Shown here piece after piece: positions 38,678 to 49,428 of a DNA stretch of 63,562 nt. Source of the stretch: Nitrososphaerota archaeon (GTDB taxonomy: Archaea > Thermoproteota > EX4484-205 > JAAOZP01); assembly GCA_011605725.1 (NCBI GenBank), contig JAAOZP010000016.1, forward strand, positions 1-63,562, given 5' to 3'. The notes below the pieces were generated by a model. It was not told where the DNA came from and did not search any database. It saw only the letters and a program-made list of their open reading frames with translations. The position numbers and the translations under genes were made by a program. How positions within the stretch are numbered: the stretch's first letter is position 1; each line of letters begins with the position of its first letter.

Positions 38678-38780
38678 GCCGTGGTGGCAGAGTGGCAATG
38701 CGCCGGGCTCGAGACCCGGTTCCCCTCTACGGGGAGCGCAGGTTCAAAAGGCGTTAGGCCGGAAACTCCTGCCCACGGCG
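38678..38780 (+). tRNA. tRNA-Ser(CGA) with 18-nt intron at 59/60 (38749-38766)
   Basis: GCCGTGG/CCACGGC-G, CCGGG CT CGA GA CCCGG, long variable arm, interrupted T-loop. Confidence 0.9.
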
Positions 38781-38862
38781 CATGTTTTACTTGTCACTCT
38801 TGGATAGGATAGATTCTACCATTCCGCAAAATAGCTAAACCGATTCCAGGATGCGGCTTGTC

Positions 38863-39642
38863 CTAAAGCCCCTGCTCTTCTAACAGTCTATTCACATGCT
38901 TGTAGTAATCTTTTCTCTTTAGTTTTGATGCTGCAGCCTCATCAACAATAATTGTTGCATCAGGATGCATTTGCAGTATCGAAGCAGTTATTTGAGACGT
39001 TATAGGTCCCTCTACTGTGGCTGCAATAGCATCCGCTTTCCCCTCACCATTGGCTAGGAGTATTATTTTTCTAGCCTCCATAATTGTTCCGCAACCCATT
39101 GTTATGGCAAGCCTTGGAACCTCTTCCTCGCTCTTAAAGAAACGTGCATTATCCTTTATTGTTTCCTCCGCAAGCGCTACTAGCGTGGTTCTCCCCATCA
39201 AGGGAGAGCCTGGCTCGTTAAAGGCTATATGGCCGTCTCTGCCTATTCCTAAGAGTTGCAAGTCGATTCCTCCCGCTTTCCTGATCTCCTCTTCGTATTT
39301 TTTACAGAAGGCTTTGACATCCTTAGCAAGACCGTCAGGTATGTGAACATTCCTAGGATTAATATTAATATGGTTGAACAGATTCTCGAACATAAAGTAA
39401 TGGTAACTTTGAGGATGAGTTGGGGCCAGCCCATAGTATTCATCTAGGTTAAAAGTCACTACCCTAGAGAAATCTAGGCCTTCCTCCCTATGCATTCTGA
39501 TCAGCTCCTTATAGGTGCCGAGCGGCGTGCTGCCAGTAGCCAAGCCAAGAACAGAATCAGGCTTCCTCCTTATCTGCTCAGCTATTATTTTCGCTGCTTT
39601 CTTACTCATCTCCTCATAGTCTTTTGTGATTATTACTCTCAT
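38863..39642 (-). CDS. nagB: glucosamine-6-phosphate deaminase
   Basis: [29 protein letters not shown]. Confidence 0.95.
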   Translation of the reverse strand: MRVIITKDYEEMSKKAAKIIAEQIRRKPDSVLGLATGSTPLGTYKELIRMHREEGLDFSRVVTFNLDEYYGLAPTHPQSYHYFMFENLFNHININPRNVHIPDGLAKDVKAFCKKYEEEIRKAGGIDLQLLGIGRDGHIAFNEPGSPLMGRTTLVALAEETIKDNARFFKSEEEVPRLAITMGCGTIMEARKIILLANGEGKADAIAATVEGPITSQITASILQMHPDATIIVDEAAASKLKRKDYYKHVNRLLEEQGL

Positions 39643-39730
39643 CCTGCCTTTTGGGTTGAAAGGGTTTATATAAGGCTAACTCTTCTAAACTCTTTTAAGC
39701 TAATGGTCCGTAATAAGTTTCAGATGATGT

Positions 39731-40807
39731 TTGAGGATAGTTGCAACAGGGATAAGCGGTAGTGGCAGAGAGACGCATCTCCGGAGATTCGTTGAGTTTG
39801 CGGAAGCTAGGAATATCGAGGTTAAGCTTTTCTCAGTTGGCAGCATGATGTTCGAGGCAGCAAGGAAACTTGGTGTCGAGATAGAGGAAGATAAGATACT
39901 TGACTTATCTCCCTCCTCCTTAAACTTTCTTAGGGCAACGGTTTTCGAGCAAATCATTAGGGAGGCAGAAAACTATGAGAACATAATCATAAGTACACAT
40001 GCCTGCTTCAGGTGGAAGAAACATGTTTTCCAAGCATTCGACTTTCATTATCTTAACGAGCTCTCTCCAGATGCATTCATAACAATCTCCGACTCCGCGT
40101 TACCCATTAAAATGAGGCTTGAATCCTCCGCGCAGTGGAGAGGTCGTCTAACGCTTAAAGAAATACTTGTTTGGAGAGACGAGGAAATCCTCTTGACGAA
40201 GAGTATTGCTAATTATAGGAGAAAGCCTTTTTACATCATTCCGTTCTCATCTCCCCCGGAAACCCTTTTTAACCTCATGTTTAAACAGTATTCGAAGAAA
40301 GCATACCTTAGCTATCCCATAACGCATATAGAGGACCGGGAGGCTAAGCTCGCTGATAAAGACCGATTTAAAAATAGGCTTAGAACACTTGGCCTAACCG
40401 TGTTCGACCCGGGTGAAATAGAAGATTCCTTCTTGCTTTACAAGCTTAAGGAGCTAAAGGATATCGGCTGGGAAAAACTGGTAATTGAGGAGAACGGTGT
40501 AAAGATAGAGGTTCATATAAGTGAAATCGAAGATGTTGTTGAAGATCTGCTCGACCAGATTGTTGCAAGGGACTACCAGCTTATAGACCAGAGTGATTTC
40601 CTCATCGTCTACTATTTCTCGCAAGTAATGTCCCCTGGCGTGCTCTCTGAAATGACATACGGTTTCAGCAATAACAAGAAGGTGTTTGTAGTTTACAAGG
40701 GTCCTGAAAGCCCGTTTTTTAACTATTATTCAACAAGAATATTTGAGTCTGAAGGAGCTCTGATAGACTTTATGCATAAAGAAGGAATAATTAATGGGAA
40801 ACCCTAA
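39731..40807 (+). CDS. adenylate-kinase-like P-loop domain fused to nucleoside 2-deoxyribosyltransferase-like domain
   Basis: TGISGSGRE and IISTHA at N-terminus; AYLSYP..VFDP..RDYQLIDQSD..SPGVLSE at C-terminus. Confidence 0.7.
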   Translation: MRIVATGISGSGRETHLRRFVEFAEARNIEVKLFSVGSMMFEAARKLGVEIEEDKILDLSPSSLNFLRATVFEQIIREAENYENIIISTHACFRWKKHVFQAFDFHYLNELSPDAFITISDSALPIKMRLESSAQWRGRLTLKEILVWRDEEILLTKSIANYRRKPFYIIPFSSPPETLFNLMFKQYSKKAYLSYPITHIEDREAKLADKDRFKNRLRTLGLTVFDPGEIEDSFLLYKLKELKDIGWEKLVIEENGVKIEVHISEIEDVVEDLLDQIVARDYQLIDQSDFLIVYYFSQVMSPGVLSEMTYGFSNNKKVFVVYKGPESPFFNYYSTRIFESEGALIDFMHKEGIINGKP

Positions 40808-40875
40808 AACGACAAAATTTATTAAGACTGGAAGCAAAATATGCTTGAAACCGCCCTGTAAAAACTGGGCGGCTT

Positions 40876-40993
40876 GCGGAGGTCGCCAAAGCCAGGAAGC
40901 GGCAAAGCCTGGTCAAATAAGTATGAGGCTAGAGGCGCGAGGCTCAGGACCTCGTCCCGAAGGGGTTCGTGGGTTCAAATCCCACCCTCCGCA
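40876..40993 (+). tRNA. tRNA-Leu(CAG) with two D-arm introns (40890-40906, 40917-40932)
   Basis: Spliced D-arm GCC AAGCCTGGTCAAA GGC matches Leu(CAA); CGAGG CT CAG GA CCTCG. Confidence 0.88.
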
Positions 40994-41241
40994 CTTTTCA
41001 TAAGCTAAGGCTCGCTAAGGCTTTAGTAGCCTTCTCAAGAGTTGTTGCATTAATGCACAGCTATCTAGCACACGGTCTACTTGGTAGTCGGTGATGCGCA
41101 GATATATCGGCTGTACAGGTTTTTGCCGGATAACTATGAGGTCCCAAGGTCCTTAATGACAGTAAGGGGACGCAGTTGCTAATGCTGCCCTAGATCATAC
41201 CGGGCTACTGTATTCTGAGTATTAAATAGTTTAAATAGGGT

Positions 41242-43665
41242 TTGAGAAACTGTTTAACCATACAGGTGAGAGAATTGGAAAGGGGTTCCTCGGCTGTAAA
41301 CAAAATACTCTTGGCGTCATGCATGATTTCCTTGATGCTCCAAGTAGTTACCCCGCTTGACATGGAAACAGGCCTAAATCAGAGAAAGATTGAAACAGCA
41401 CTCTTGATTATTTTACTTCCAATAGGATTCCTGACAGTATTGCCTCAAGCCCCGGAGGAAACAGATACGTCTAGAAAGATTATAGCAGGAGTCATTATTC
41501 TGGTTGTAACAATAATGTGCGTTTACTTAATGACGGTTTTCGTAGCCAAGTCTTCCCAGAAGCAAGCTCCTCCTTCAACCGCGCCATACCGCAACCCGAA
41601 TCTCTCGCCTGAGGAAAGGGCTGCCGACCTTCTTTCCAGAATGACACTTGATGAGAAAATCGGCCAGATGACGCTAGTAGACCGGCAATCCATAAGCAGC
41701 ATTTCAGACATATCTACCTACAATTTAGGTGGGCTTTTGAGTGGCGGAGGATCCTGCCCGGATCCAAATACTCCCCATAACTGGGCTAGAATGTACAACA
41801 GGTATCAGAAACAAGCGGTTGAAGGAACACGCCTAGGGATCCCGATTCTTTACGGTATTGATGCTGTCCACGGGCATAACAATGTCTATGGAGCCGTGAT
41901 TTTTCCCCACAATGTCGGGATGGGTGCGACGTGGAATCCTGAACTAGTTGAGAAGTGCGCTCACATCACGGCGGTTGAAGTAAGGGCTACAGGTATTCGT
42001 TGGACCTTCTCACCATGCATCGACGTTGCCAGGGATGACCGTTGGGGTAGAACATACGAGTCGTTCGGCGAAGACCCGTATCTGGTTAAAACCATGGCGA
42101 TAAGCGCGGTTAAAGGGTACCAGGGGGCTGGGCTTGACCGGGATGATACTGTTCTGGCTACGGCTAAGCATTTCATGGGTTCGGGTGGGACTAAGGATGG
42201 CAAGGATCAGGGGGACTTTCAAGGTCCGCTTAGAATACTTCGGGAACAGCATCTCGAGCCTTTCATAGGCGCAGTTAGTGCTGGAGTAGGATCAGTGATG
42301 GCGTCTTACTGCAGTATTAATGGGCAAAAGATACATGGCATCAAGTTCTTCCTGACTGATGTTTTAAAGGTGGAACTGGGGTTTAAAGGCCTGCTCGTGT
42401 CCGACTGGGAGGCAATAGGCCAAGTGGACTCCTCATACAGGAACGCGGTTAAGAAATGCGTTGAGGCGGGGATAGATATGGCGATGGTGCCAAGCACTTG
42501 GAAAATGTTCCAAGAGAATCTTAAAGACCTTGTTAATAGTGGCGAGATCCCGGTGAGCAGAATAGACGAGGCTGTTTATAGGATTCTGCTGGTAAAATTC
42601 CGTCTAGGCCTCTTCGAAAATCCTTACGTGGATGAAAGCCTTTCCTCGGTTGTTGGCAGTGCCGTGCACAGAGAAGTTGCCCGCCAAGCAGTCAGGGAAA
42701 GCATAGTGCTGCTGAAGAACAACGGTATTCTTCCAATACCTAAAAACGTAAGCACGATCTTTGTTGCAGGCCCTAATGCTAACGACATTGGAAACCAGTG
42801 CGGCGGCTGGACAATAACCTGGCAAGGAAGCAGTGGTGACATAACGATCGGGACAACTATTCTCGAAGCCATTAGGAAAACAGTTTCTCCGAGCACAGTG
42901 ATTATATTTGATGAAAATGCTAGTAACGTAGCCGGGCCATACGACGTGGGGATAGTTGTAGTAGGAGAAACTCCCTACGCGGAATTCCTCGGCGACAGAG
43001 AGAGCCTAGACCTGCCTGAGGAACAGCTTAAAATAATAGACAGGGTGGTTGCATCCGGGACCCCGACAGTCGTCATAATGGTTGCCGGCAGACCTCTAAC
43101 AGGCATAGAAAACAGGCTGTCCCAGTGGGATGCTTTTCTGATGGCTTGGCTTCCAGGTACAGAAGGCCAGGGTGTGGCGGATGTTTTATTCGGCAACTAT
43201 AATCCTAGTGGCAAGCTGCCGCGCTCATGGCCTAGATCTACTGCTCAAGAACCAATAAACTATGATCACCGGCCTGGTGAAGAGTACGATCCTCTTTTCG
43301 AATTTGGGTATGGGTTAAGCTACACGACGTTTGAATACAGCTGCCTAAACGTTACCCCGGCTGAGCCGCATTTAACAGGCAATATTTCAATTAGCGTAAA
43401 CGTCAGGAACACGGGGCCTTACAGCGGTAGCGAGGTAGTCCAAGTTTATGTGAGCGATGTTGAAAGCAGTTTATCGACGCCAGTGAAAAAACTGTATCGA
43501 TTCCGAAAGATAACTCTTCAGCCGGGTGAGATGCAAACGGTAAGCTTCACTATCCCTGTTTCCGAGCTTGGATTCTACACCGACGGTCCGGGGAAAACTA
43601 TCGAGGAAGGAGTGTTTATAGTGACCGTAGGAGGTTTAACTGCAAGCTTTACGGCAAGGAAATAG
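41242..43665 (+). CDS. membrane-anchored GH3 beta-glucosidase/xylosidase with Fn3-like domain
   Basis: MTLDEKIGQM, DAVHG, RWGRTYE, AKHF, SDW, FGYGLSYT; start uncertain. Confidence 0.92.
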   Translation: MRNCLTIQVRELERGSSAVNKILLASCMISLMLQVVTPLDMETGLNQRKIETALLIILLPIGFLTVLPQAPEETDTSRKIIAGVIILVVTIMCVYLMTVFVAKSSQKQAPPSTAPYRNPNLSPEERAADLLSRMTLDEKIGQMTLVDRQSISSISDISTYNLGGLLSGGGSCPDPNTPHNWARMYNRYQKQAVEGTRLGIPILYGIDAVHGHNNVYGAVIFPHNVGMGATWNPELVEKCAHITAVEVRATGIRWTFSPCIDVARDDRWGRTYESFGEDPYLVKTMAISAVKGYQGAGLDRDDTVLATAKHFMGSGGTKDGKDQGDFQGPLRILREQHLEPFIGAVSAGVGSVMASYCSINGQKIHGIKFFLTDVLKVELGFKGLLVSDWEAIGQVDSSYRNAVKKCVEAGIDMAMVPSTWKMFQENLKDLVNSGEIPVSRIDEAVYRILLVKFRLGLFENPYVDESLSSVVGSAVHREVARQAVRESIVLLKNNGILPIPKNVSTIFVAGPNANDIGNQCGGWTITWQGSSGDITIGTTILEAIRKTVSPSTVIIFDENASNVAGPYDVGIVVVGETPYAEFLGDRESLDLPEEQLKIIDRVVASGTPTVVIMVAGRPLTGIENRLSQWDAFLMAWLPGTEGQGVADVLFGNYNPSGKLPRSWPRSTAQEPINYDHRPGEEYDPLFEFGYGLSYTTFEYSCLNVTPAEPHLTGNISISVNVRNTGPYSGSEVVQVYVSDVESSLSTPVKKLYRFRKITLQPGEMQTVSFTIPVSELGFYTDGPGKTIEEGVFIVTVGGLTASFTARK

Positions 43666-43730
43666 ACTCTTTCATGCGCATTCCTTAAATATAGGGTTTT
43701 AGCCCACTTTCAGTCACAGAGTGTCGCTGG

Positions 43731-44552
43731 TTGACTCGTAAACCAGAGGTAGTGGTTAAAATCGGAACAAGCGTGCTGACAAACTCTAAAGGATGGATCA
43801 GTGAGGCAAGAGTCAAGGAAATAGTGAGGCAGATCGCGGAAAACAGGAGCAGGATGGAGTCAGTAGTTATAGTTACCTCGGGTGCTATTGCAACAGGCTT
43901 GTCTAAGCTTAGAATAGAATCGTCTCCAAGCAATTTGAAGCTTACGATGAAACAGGTTTGCGCAGCTATAGGGCAGCCAACCCTAATGGCACTATACACG
44001 AAATATTTCAATAAGTATGGTATAAACACTGCGCAAATACTTCTTACTGAGGAGGACTTAGCAAACAAGTATCGTTACAAGAATTTTTGGAGAACATTAT
44101 CCGCCCTTATGGAGCAGGGTGTTGTCCCAATCATAAATGAGAACGATGCCATCTCTGTTAAAGAGCTTGTCCCGATAAACCCTTATGTGCCGGACTCCGT
44201 TAGGTTCGGTGACAACGATAGGCTTTCTGCCATCATAGCTTCTAGAATAGGTGCTGACCTACTCATAATGCTGACTGACGTCGACGGATTCATGATGCCT
44301 ACTAGAAACGGTGTAAAAATTGTTAAGGAGCTTAAGAGGATTAACAGGAAGATTCTCTCTTTCGCAGGGTCTGCAGGTGCTCTAGGTAGAGGCGGCATGC
44401 TCTCTAAGCTTCAGGCGGCAGCAATAGCCTCCAGATCAGGGGTTACGACGGTAATAGCCAACGGTTTAAAAAGAAACATTATAGCTAAAATACTCAACGG
44501 TGAAAACGCTGGCACCATAGTCCGCCCGCTACGGAAAAGGTTTAAGTCTTAA
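43731..44552 (+). CDS. proB: glutamate 5-kinase (no PUA domain)
   Basis: VVKIGTS, VTSGAI, INEND, FGDNDRL, GGMLSK. Confidence 0.93.
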   Translation: MTRKPEVVVKIGTSVLTNSKGWISEARVKEIVRQIAENRSRMESVVIVTSGAIATGLSKLRIESSPSNLKLTMKQVCAAIGQPTLMALYTKYFNKYGINTAQILLTEEDLANKYRYKNFWRTLSALMEQGVVPIINENDAISVKELVPINPYVPDSVRFGDNDRLSAIIASRIGADLLIMLTDVDGFMMPTRNGVKIVKELKRINRKILSFAGSAGALGRGGMLSKLQAAAIASRSGVTTVIANGLKRNIIAKILNGENAGTIVRPLRKRFKS

Positions 44553-44573
44553 AAAAGGCTTCTCAAGATCGCG

Positions 44574-45827
44574 TTGGGCATGGAGGAGGTCGTTGAAAAA
44601 TCCAGAAAAGCTAAAGAGGCTTCTCTAAAGCTCGGGGTGGCTTCAACACCTGTTAAAAACGCTGCGTTAGAAAAGATGGCTGAACATATTGAGAGGCGCA
44701 TGGAGGAAATAATACGGGAGAACAGGAAGGATGTTGAAGCGGCGGAAAGTAGAGGAGTGCCTGCATCTCTGATAGACAGGCTGCTGTTAAACGAAAAACG
44801 TGTAAGGGAAATGGCTGAAGGGCTTCGCCAAGTTGCCTCACTACCAGACCCTATTGGGGAAATAGTTGAAGGATGGAGAACCAGGCATGGCTTAGAGATA
44901 AGAAAGATTCGTGTACCGCTCGGGGTTATTGGAGTAATATACGAGGCTAGGCCCAACGTTACAGTAGACATCACCGGATTAGCGTTAAAGGCTGGTAACG
45001 CTGTCGTCCTCAGAGGAGGCTCGGAAGCGTTAAACTCAAACAAAACACTGGTGGAAATAATGAGGGGTGCTGTGAAAACCCTTATCGACCCTGAGGCGAT
45101 ACAACTGATAGAGGATCCCAGCAGGGAGCTTGTCGGCTTACTCTTGAAACAGGACAAGTACATAGATGTTATAATTCCGAGGGGGAGTGCCCAGCTAATA
45201 AGGTTCGTCCGGGAAAACTCGCTTATACCTGTGATCGAAACCGGAGCTGGCAACTGCCATATTTTTGTGAACTGGGATGCTGATTTAGAGATGGCTACGA
45301 GGGTAATAGTGAACGCTAAGGTTCAAAGACCCGCGGTATGTAACGCGGTTAGAAAAGTCCTGATACATAGTAAGGTCGCAGAGAAGTATCTTCCAAGACT
45401 GGTTGACACCTTAAGGGGATACAATGTTGCGATCAAGGGATGTAGGAGAAGTAGGATGATTGTTCCAACTCTGGTTGAAGCCACTGAGGAAGACTGGTAC
45501 GAAGAATACATGGATCTAACACTTGCTGTCAAAATAGTGGACAGCGTAGAGGAAGCTATACAGCATATAAACAAATATGGTTCAAAACATTCTGATGCAA
45601 TAATAACGAACAACCTGCAGGATGCTGAATTATTCACGAGGCTAGTTGACTCGTCAACAGTATACGTTAACGCTTCAACCAGGTTCACCGACGGTGGTCA
45701 ATTCGGCTTCGGCGCTGAAGTAGGAATAAGCACGCAGAAGCTTCATGCAAGGGGGCCAATGGGTCTGAGGGAAATAACTACGACGAAATACGTGGTTTAC
45801 GGCTCTGGACAGATAAGAGAGTTATAG
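44574..45827 (+). CDS. proA: gamma-glutamyl phosphate reductase
   Basis: YEARPNVT, CNA, NASTRFTDG, STQKLHARGPMG. Confidence 0.95.
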   Translation: MGMEEVVEKSRKAKEASLKLGVASTPVKNAALEKMAEHIERRMEEIIRENRKDVEAAESRGVPASLIDRLLLNEKRVREMAEGLRQVASLPDPIGEIVEGWRTRHGLEIRKIRVPLGVIGVIYEARPNVTVDITGLALKAGNAVVLRGGSEALNSNKTLVEIMRGAVKTLIDPEAIQLIEDPSRELVGLLLKQDKYIDVIIPRGSAQLIRFVRENSLIPVIETGAGNCHIFVNWDADLEMATRVIVNAKVQRPAVCNAVRKVLIHSKVAEKYLPRLVDTLRGYNVAIKGCRRSRMIVPTLVEATEEDWYEEYMDLTLAVKIVDSVEEAIQHINKYGSKHSDAIITNNLQDAELFTRLVDSSTVYVNASTRFTDGGQFGFGAEVGISTQKLHARGPMGLREITTTKYVVYGSGQIREL

Positions 45828-46011
45828 GCAGAGCCAAACGCATGTCTTTAAAAGAATTGGTGGCTTACCAACTCGGCCTCTTATAGACTGTTAGAGCCTC
45901 GGGTCTAGGGTATTCAAAGTCAAATCAGCATCGTCTCTTCTGAAGCACACGAACAATATAAGGCTAGGAGAAAAGAATATAAGGGCTTCACATATATATC
46001 TTGAAAAGCTA

Positions 46012-46083
46012 GGGTCGATCGTCTAATGGTTAGGATGCCGCTCTTACAAGGCGGAGGCCCCGGTTCGAATCCGGGTCGACCCA
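46012..46083 (+). tRNA. tRNA-Val(TAC), intronless
   Basis: GGGTCGA/TCGACCC-A, CCGCT CT TAC AA GGCGG. Confidence 0.93.
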
Positions 46084-46174
46084 TCCTAAGCGCGTCCTTC
46101 TTGCGTTTCATCACGTGTTAAGGGTTTCTTGCAAATCTTCTACGTTTCCGCCCTAACCGTTTTTTGTGAGTTTA

Positions 46175-47242
46175 TCACGCCTCAATTATTTGGTTTACAT
46201 TTAGATTCAAAACTATTTCGGCGATATCGCTAGCGTACTCCACAGTTCTACGTATGCTTTCTATAATCATTCTTAAACTAGATATTTCGGCAACATCCGT
46301 TTTTCTGAACATAGTTCTAGTAAGCGCGCTTTCCATAAACGATATGTTTTTTGCTCTTGAAATCGTATTGTCTGCTAATGAATAGTTTCTTTCAAATAAT
46401 GATCTTACGGCATCATTAAAGATTGAAACGGATAACAGACTCATTTCAGAAATCCTTTTTAAAACAGGGTCGTTAAGCTTCTCATTTATCATCATGACGT
46501 TTTCAGCTATCTTAACCGCATGATCAGCTATCCTCTCGACGAATTTTGTTACTACTCTATATCCTAAGCAGTCCCTAGGGTTAGAGAGGCCTATGTCTTT
46601 GAGTATTCGCTCGTTTTGCACTGCCATCTTCAATTGCCGTATTACGTAAAGGCTGAAACGATCAACCTCATCGTCAAGAGCAATTACGTCTTGGGCAAGC
46701 TTCTTGTCATAATCTTTTAACGCTTTTAACGCATCGTTATGCATCGAAGCTGTTATAAGGCACATGCGTCTCAGAGCGTTCTCGACAGAAAGCTCAGGGT
46801 AACTGACCAGTATTTGAAGCATGATCTCGCTCTCAGAATCTGAGATTATTTCGACGCCGACAAGTTTTCTTCTAGCCAAGTCTTTAACTAGGTTTCTCTG
46901 AAGAGAAGTTATATTCTCGCCTATTGTTTTAATTCTGATTAGACTATATCCTACTAGATAAAGTGCGATTATTTTTCGCACTATAGAATCCGGATTGTCT
47001 TTTTGAGATATTTTAATTGTTGCTTCCATCAGTTTTTCCGGCTTAACAAATGCTCTGGGAGTAAGAATAAGCGAGGAATCGCCTTCAGAAATCACGAGCT
47101 GATCTCCAACACCTAGCCTCATCCTCTCTATCCATTTCTTGGGAAGAGAAACTATGTATGTCGACCTGCCCGTTAGCTGAATTTTCCTTATTTCTTCGCC
47201 TTTCTTAACAGTTGGTTCTTGCCTATTCAACGTGTTTTTCAC
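46175..47242 (-). CDS. AbrB-PhoU phosphate uptake regulator
   Basis: RKIQLTGRSTYIVSLPKKW plus PhoU repeats (DDEVDR, ERIADH). Confidence 0.9.
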   Translation of the reverse strand: MKNTLNRQEPTVKKGEEIRKIQLTGRSTYIVSLPKKWIERMRLGVGDQLVISEGDSSLILTPRAFVKPEKLMEATIKISQKDNPDSIVRKIIALYLVGYSLIRIKTIGENITSLQRNLVKDLARRKLVGVEIISDSESEIMLQILVSYPELSVENALRRMCLITASMHNDALKALKDYDKKLAQDVIALDDEVDRFSLYVIRQLKMAVQNERILKDIGLSNPRDCLGYRVVTKFVERIADHAVKIAENVMMINEKLNDPVLKRISEMSLLSVSIFNDAVRSLFERNYSLADNTISRAKNISFMESALTRTMFRKTDVAEISSLRMIIESIRRTVEYASDIAEIVLNLNVNQIIEA

Positions 47243-47330
47243 ATGTTCTATATAGATTATTGAAGGTTATATATTTTATTTTGCAAAGGTATATGTGGCC
47301 TTCAGATACCCACTTGTCCGGTGAGATAAG

Positions 47331-48452
47331 ATGGGCCTGAATCGAAATCGTAAAATCCTCTTGGTCGCTGTGGTCGCAACTATAACGATAGCATTAGTAA
47401 TTGTATACCAGTACCTAATTCACTCTGAATCCGAAAGGGAGATAACTATTAATGGTGCCGGAGCATCCTTCCCGTTTCCTCTGATCGATAAGTGGATAGC
47501 AGAATACAACAAACTCAAAAAGAATGTTAAGATAAACTACCAGTCAATCGGAAGCGGTGGAGGAATAAGGCAGCATACGGAGAAAACAGTTTATTTCGCT
47601 GCTTCCGATGCTCCTCTAACCCCGAGCCAGGCTGCTAATGCTTCCAACACGTTACACATACCGTTTACTATAGGAGGTGTTGCAATAATATATAATTTAC
47701 CGGGAGTATCAAAAGGCATTAAATTCTCGGGAGAAGTATTGGCAGACATATTTATGGGAAAGATCTCTAAGTGGAACGACCCTAAGCTTGTAGAGCTCAA
47801 TCCTAATGTTGACCTGCCGGATAAGGACATAATTGTGGTTCATAGGTCTGATGGAAGTGGCACGACATTTGTGTTCACCAGCTATCTCTCAGAGGTTAGT
47901 GAAGAATGGAAGGCAAATATTGGAAGGGGTACTGTGGTTAACTGGCCGAAAGGTCTAGGGGGGAAAGGTAACGAGGGAGTAGCTGGGCTTGTTTCTCAAA
48001 ACCCGTATTCTATAGGCTACGTTGAGTTTATTTACGCTAAGAAAAACAATATAGCATGGGGATACTTAAAGAACGCTGCGGGAAGGTTCGTTGAACCGAG
48101 TTTAGAATCATTCAAAGCTGCTGCAGCAGCTGCGGCGGTAACGCTCCCTAAGGGGGATGAAAGTTGGGCGGAAGTTTCAATAATAAGAGGCGTGGTGAGA
48201 AATCCTCAAGCAGCCGACGCGTATCCGATCACAAGCTTCTCGTACTTCTTGGTTTACAGGGAATTGAACGTGCTTCCCAACATGGATGAGTACACTGCAA
48301 GACAGCTGGTAGAATTCCTATGGTGGACTATACATGACGGGCAAAATTACTCCGCTGAATTAGACTATGTACCGTTACCGTCTAACGTCGTGGCTCATAA
48401 CGAAGAGACCATTAGGATGATAACTTTCAATGGAAAGCAACTTAAAGGATAG
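47331..48452 (+). CDS. pstS: phosphate ABC transporter substrate-binding protein
   Basis: GAGASFP, SIGSGGG, RSDGSGTT. Confidence 0.95.
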   Translation: MGLNRNRKILLVAVVATITIALVIVYQYLIHSESEREITINGAGASFPFPLIDKWIAEYNKLKKNVKINYQSIGSGGGIRQHTEKTVYFAASDAPLTPSQAANASNTLHIPFTIGGVAIIYNLPGVSKGIKFSGEVLADIFMGKISKWNDPKLVELNPNVDLPDKDIIVVHRSDGSGTTFVFTSYLSEVSEEWKANIGRGTVVNWPKGLGGKGNEGVAGLVSQNPYSIGYVEFIYAKKNNIAWGYLKNAAGRFVEPSLESFKAAAAAAAVTLPKGDESWAEVSIIRGVVRNPQAADAYPITSFSYFLVYRELNVLPNMDEYTARQLVEFLWWTIHDGQNYSAELDYVPLPSNVVAHNEETIRMITFNGKQLKG

Positions 48453-48459
48453 ACGAAGC

Positions 48460-49428
48460 ATGAAATCTACAGCCTCTTTTTCTAAAATTGCTTATCTTAA
48501 GGCGAAAATAAAAGGCGATGAAATCTTTAGGCTTGTAAGTGCCTTCTTTGCTCTAACTACTTTGTTAATAGTCGTATTGATGGTTTACGAGTTAACAAGG
48601 GGTTCTTGGCTTTCCTTGCAAAAATTCGGCTTAGGGTTCATAACGGGTACAACATGGGACCCGGTTTTCACCCTAAACTTCGGAGCTCTCCCACTAATAC
48701 TCGGAACCCTCACGACTTCTGCGATAGCCCTCGCCATAAGTGTGCCAATAAGTATTGGAATAGGCTTGCTGCTTTCAGAATATATTTCAAAGCGTCTCGA
48801 ATTCTTTGTTTCTTTTATAGTAGAGCTCTTGGCCGCGATTCCAAGTGTTGTCTACGGTCTATGGGGTATATTCGTATTGATCCCGTTTCTTAGGAACAAC
48901 GTGTATCCGTACATCCAAGCTGTTTTAGGATCCCTACCTTTATTTTCCGGACCAATATATGGAGGTGGAGTGCTAACAGCAGGAATAGTCCTCGCCATAA
49001 TGATTATTCCTATTATTTCCTCTGTTTCAAGGGAAGTTTTTTCAGCAGTACCGCTTTCCCAGCGTGAAGCAATAATTTCTTTAGGCGCGACGAAATGGGA
49101 GACATGTAAGATTGTTATGAGTTACGCCAAGTCCGGGGTCATAGGAGCAATAACCCTTGGTTTAGGGCGTGCAATAGGAGAAACAATGGCCGTAACTATG
49201 CTGATAGGAAACAAGTTTAAGGTTCTTCCGAGCTCGCTTTTCGACGCTTGGTATACAATGGCAGCTATTATCGCTAATGAATTTACTGAAGCTACCTCCG
49301 ATATTTACGTAAGTGCCCTTATCAATGTCGGCTTAACGCTTTTCTTGATCTCTCTAATGGTTAACGTGATTGCGAGACTAATCGTCTGGAGGACCCTAAG
49401 GCTTGTTAAAGGAGTGTCTAGGGGATGA
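48460..49428 (+). CDS. pstC: phosphate ABC transporter permease
   Basis: ELLAAIPSVVYGLWG, GRAIGETMAV. Confidence 0.93.
   Translation: MKSTASFSKIAYLKAKIKGDEIFRLVSAFFALTTLLIVVLMVYELTRGSWLSLQKFGLGFITGTTWDPVFTLNFGALPLILGTLTTSAIALAISVPISIGIGLLLSEYISKRLEFFVSFIVELLAAIPSVVYGLWGIFVLIPFLRNNVYPYIQAVLGSLPLFSGPIYGGGVLTAGIVLAIMIIPIISSVSREVFSAVPLSQREAIISLGATKWETCKIVMSYAKSGVIGAITLGLGRAIGETMAVTMLIGNKFKVLPSSLFDAWYTMAAIIANEFTEATSDIYVSALINVGLTLFLISLMVNVIARLIVWRTLRLVKGVSRG

Noticed and set aside
40794-41003. Short ORFs over RNA genes (also 861-1091, 45920-46114, 53704-53895, 62707-63087)
   Set aside because: Explained by tRNA/SRP sequence or the antisense strand of other features.
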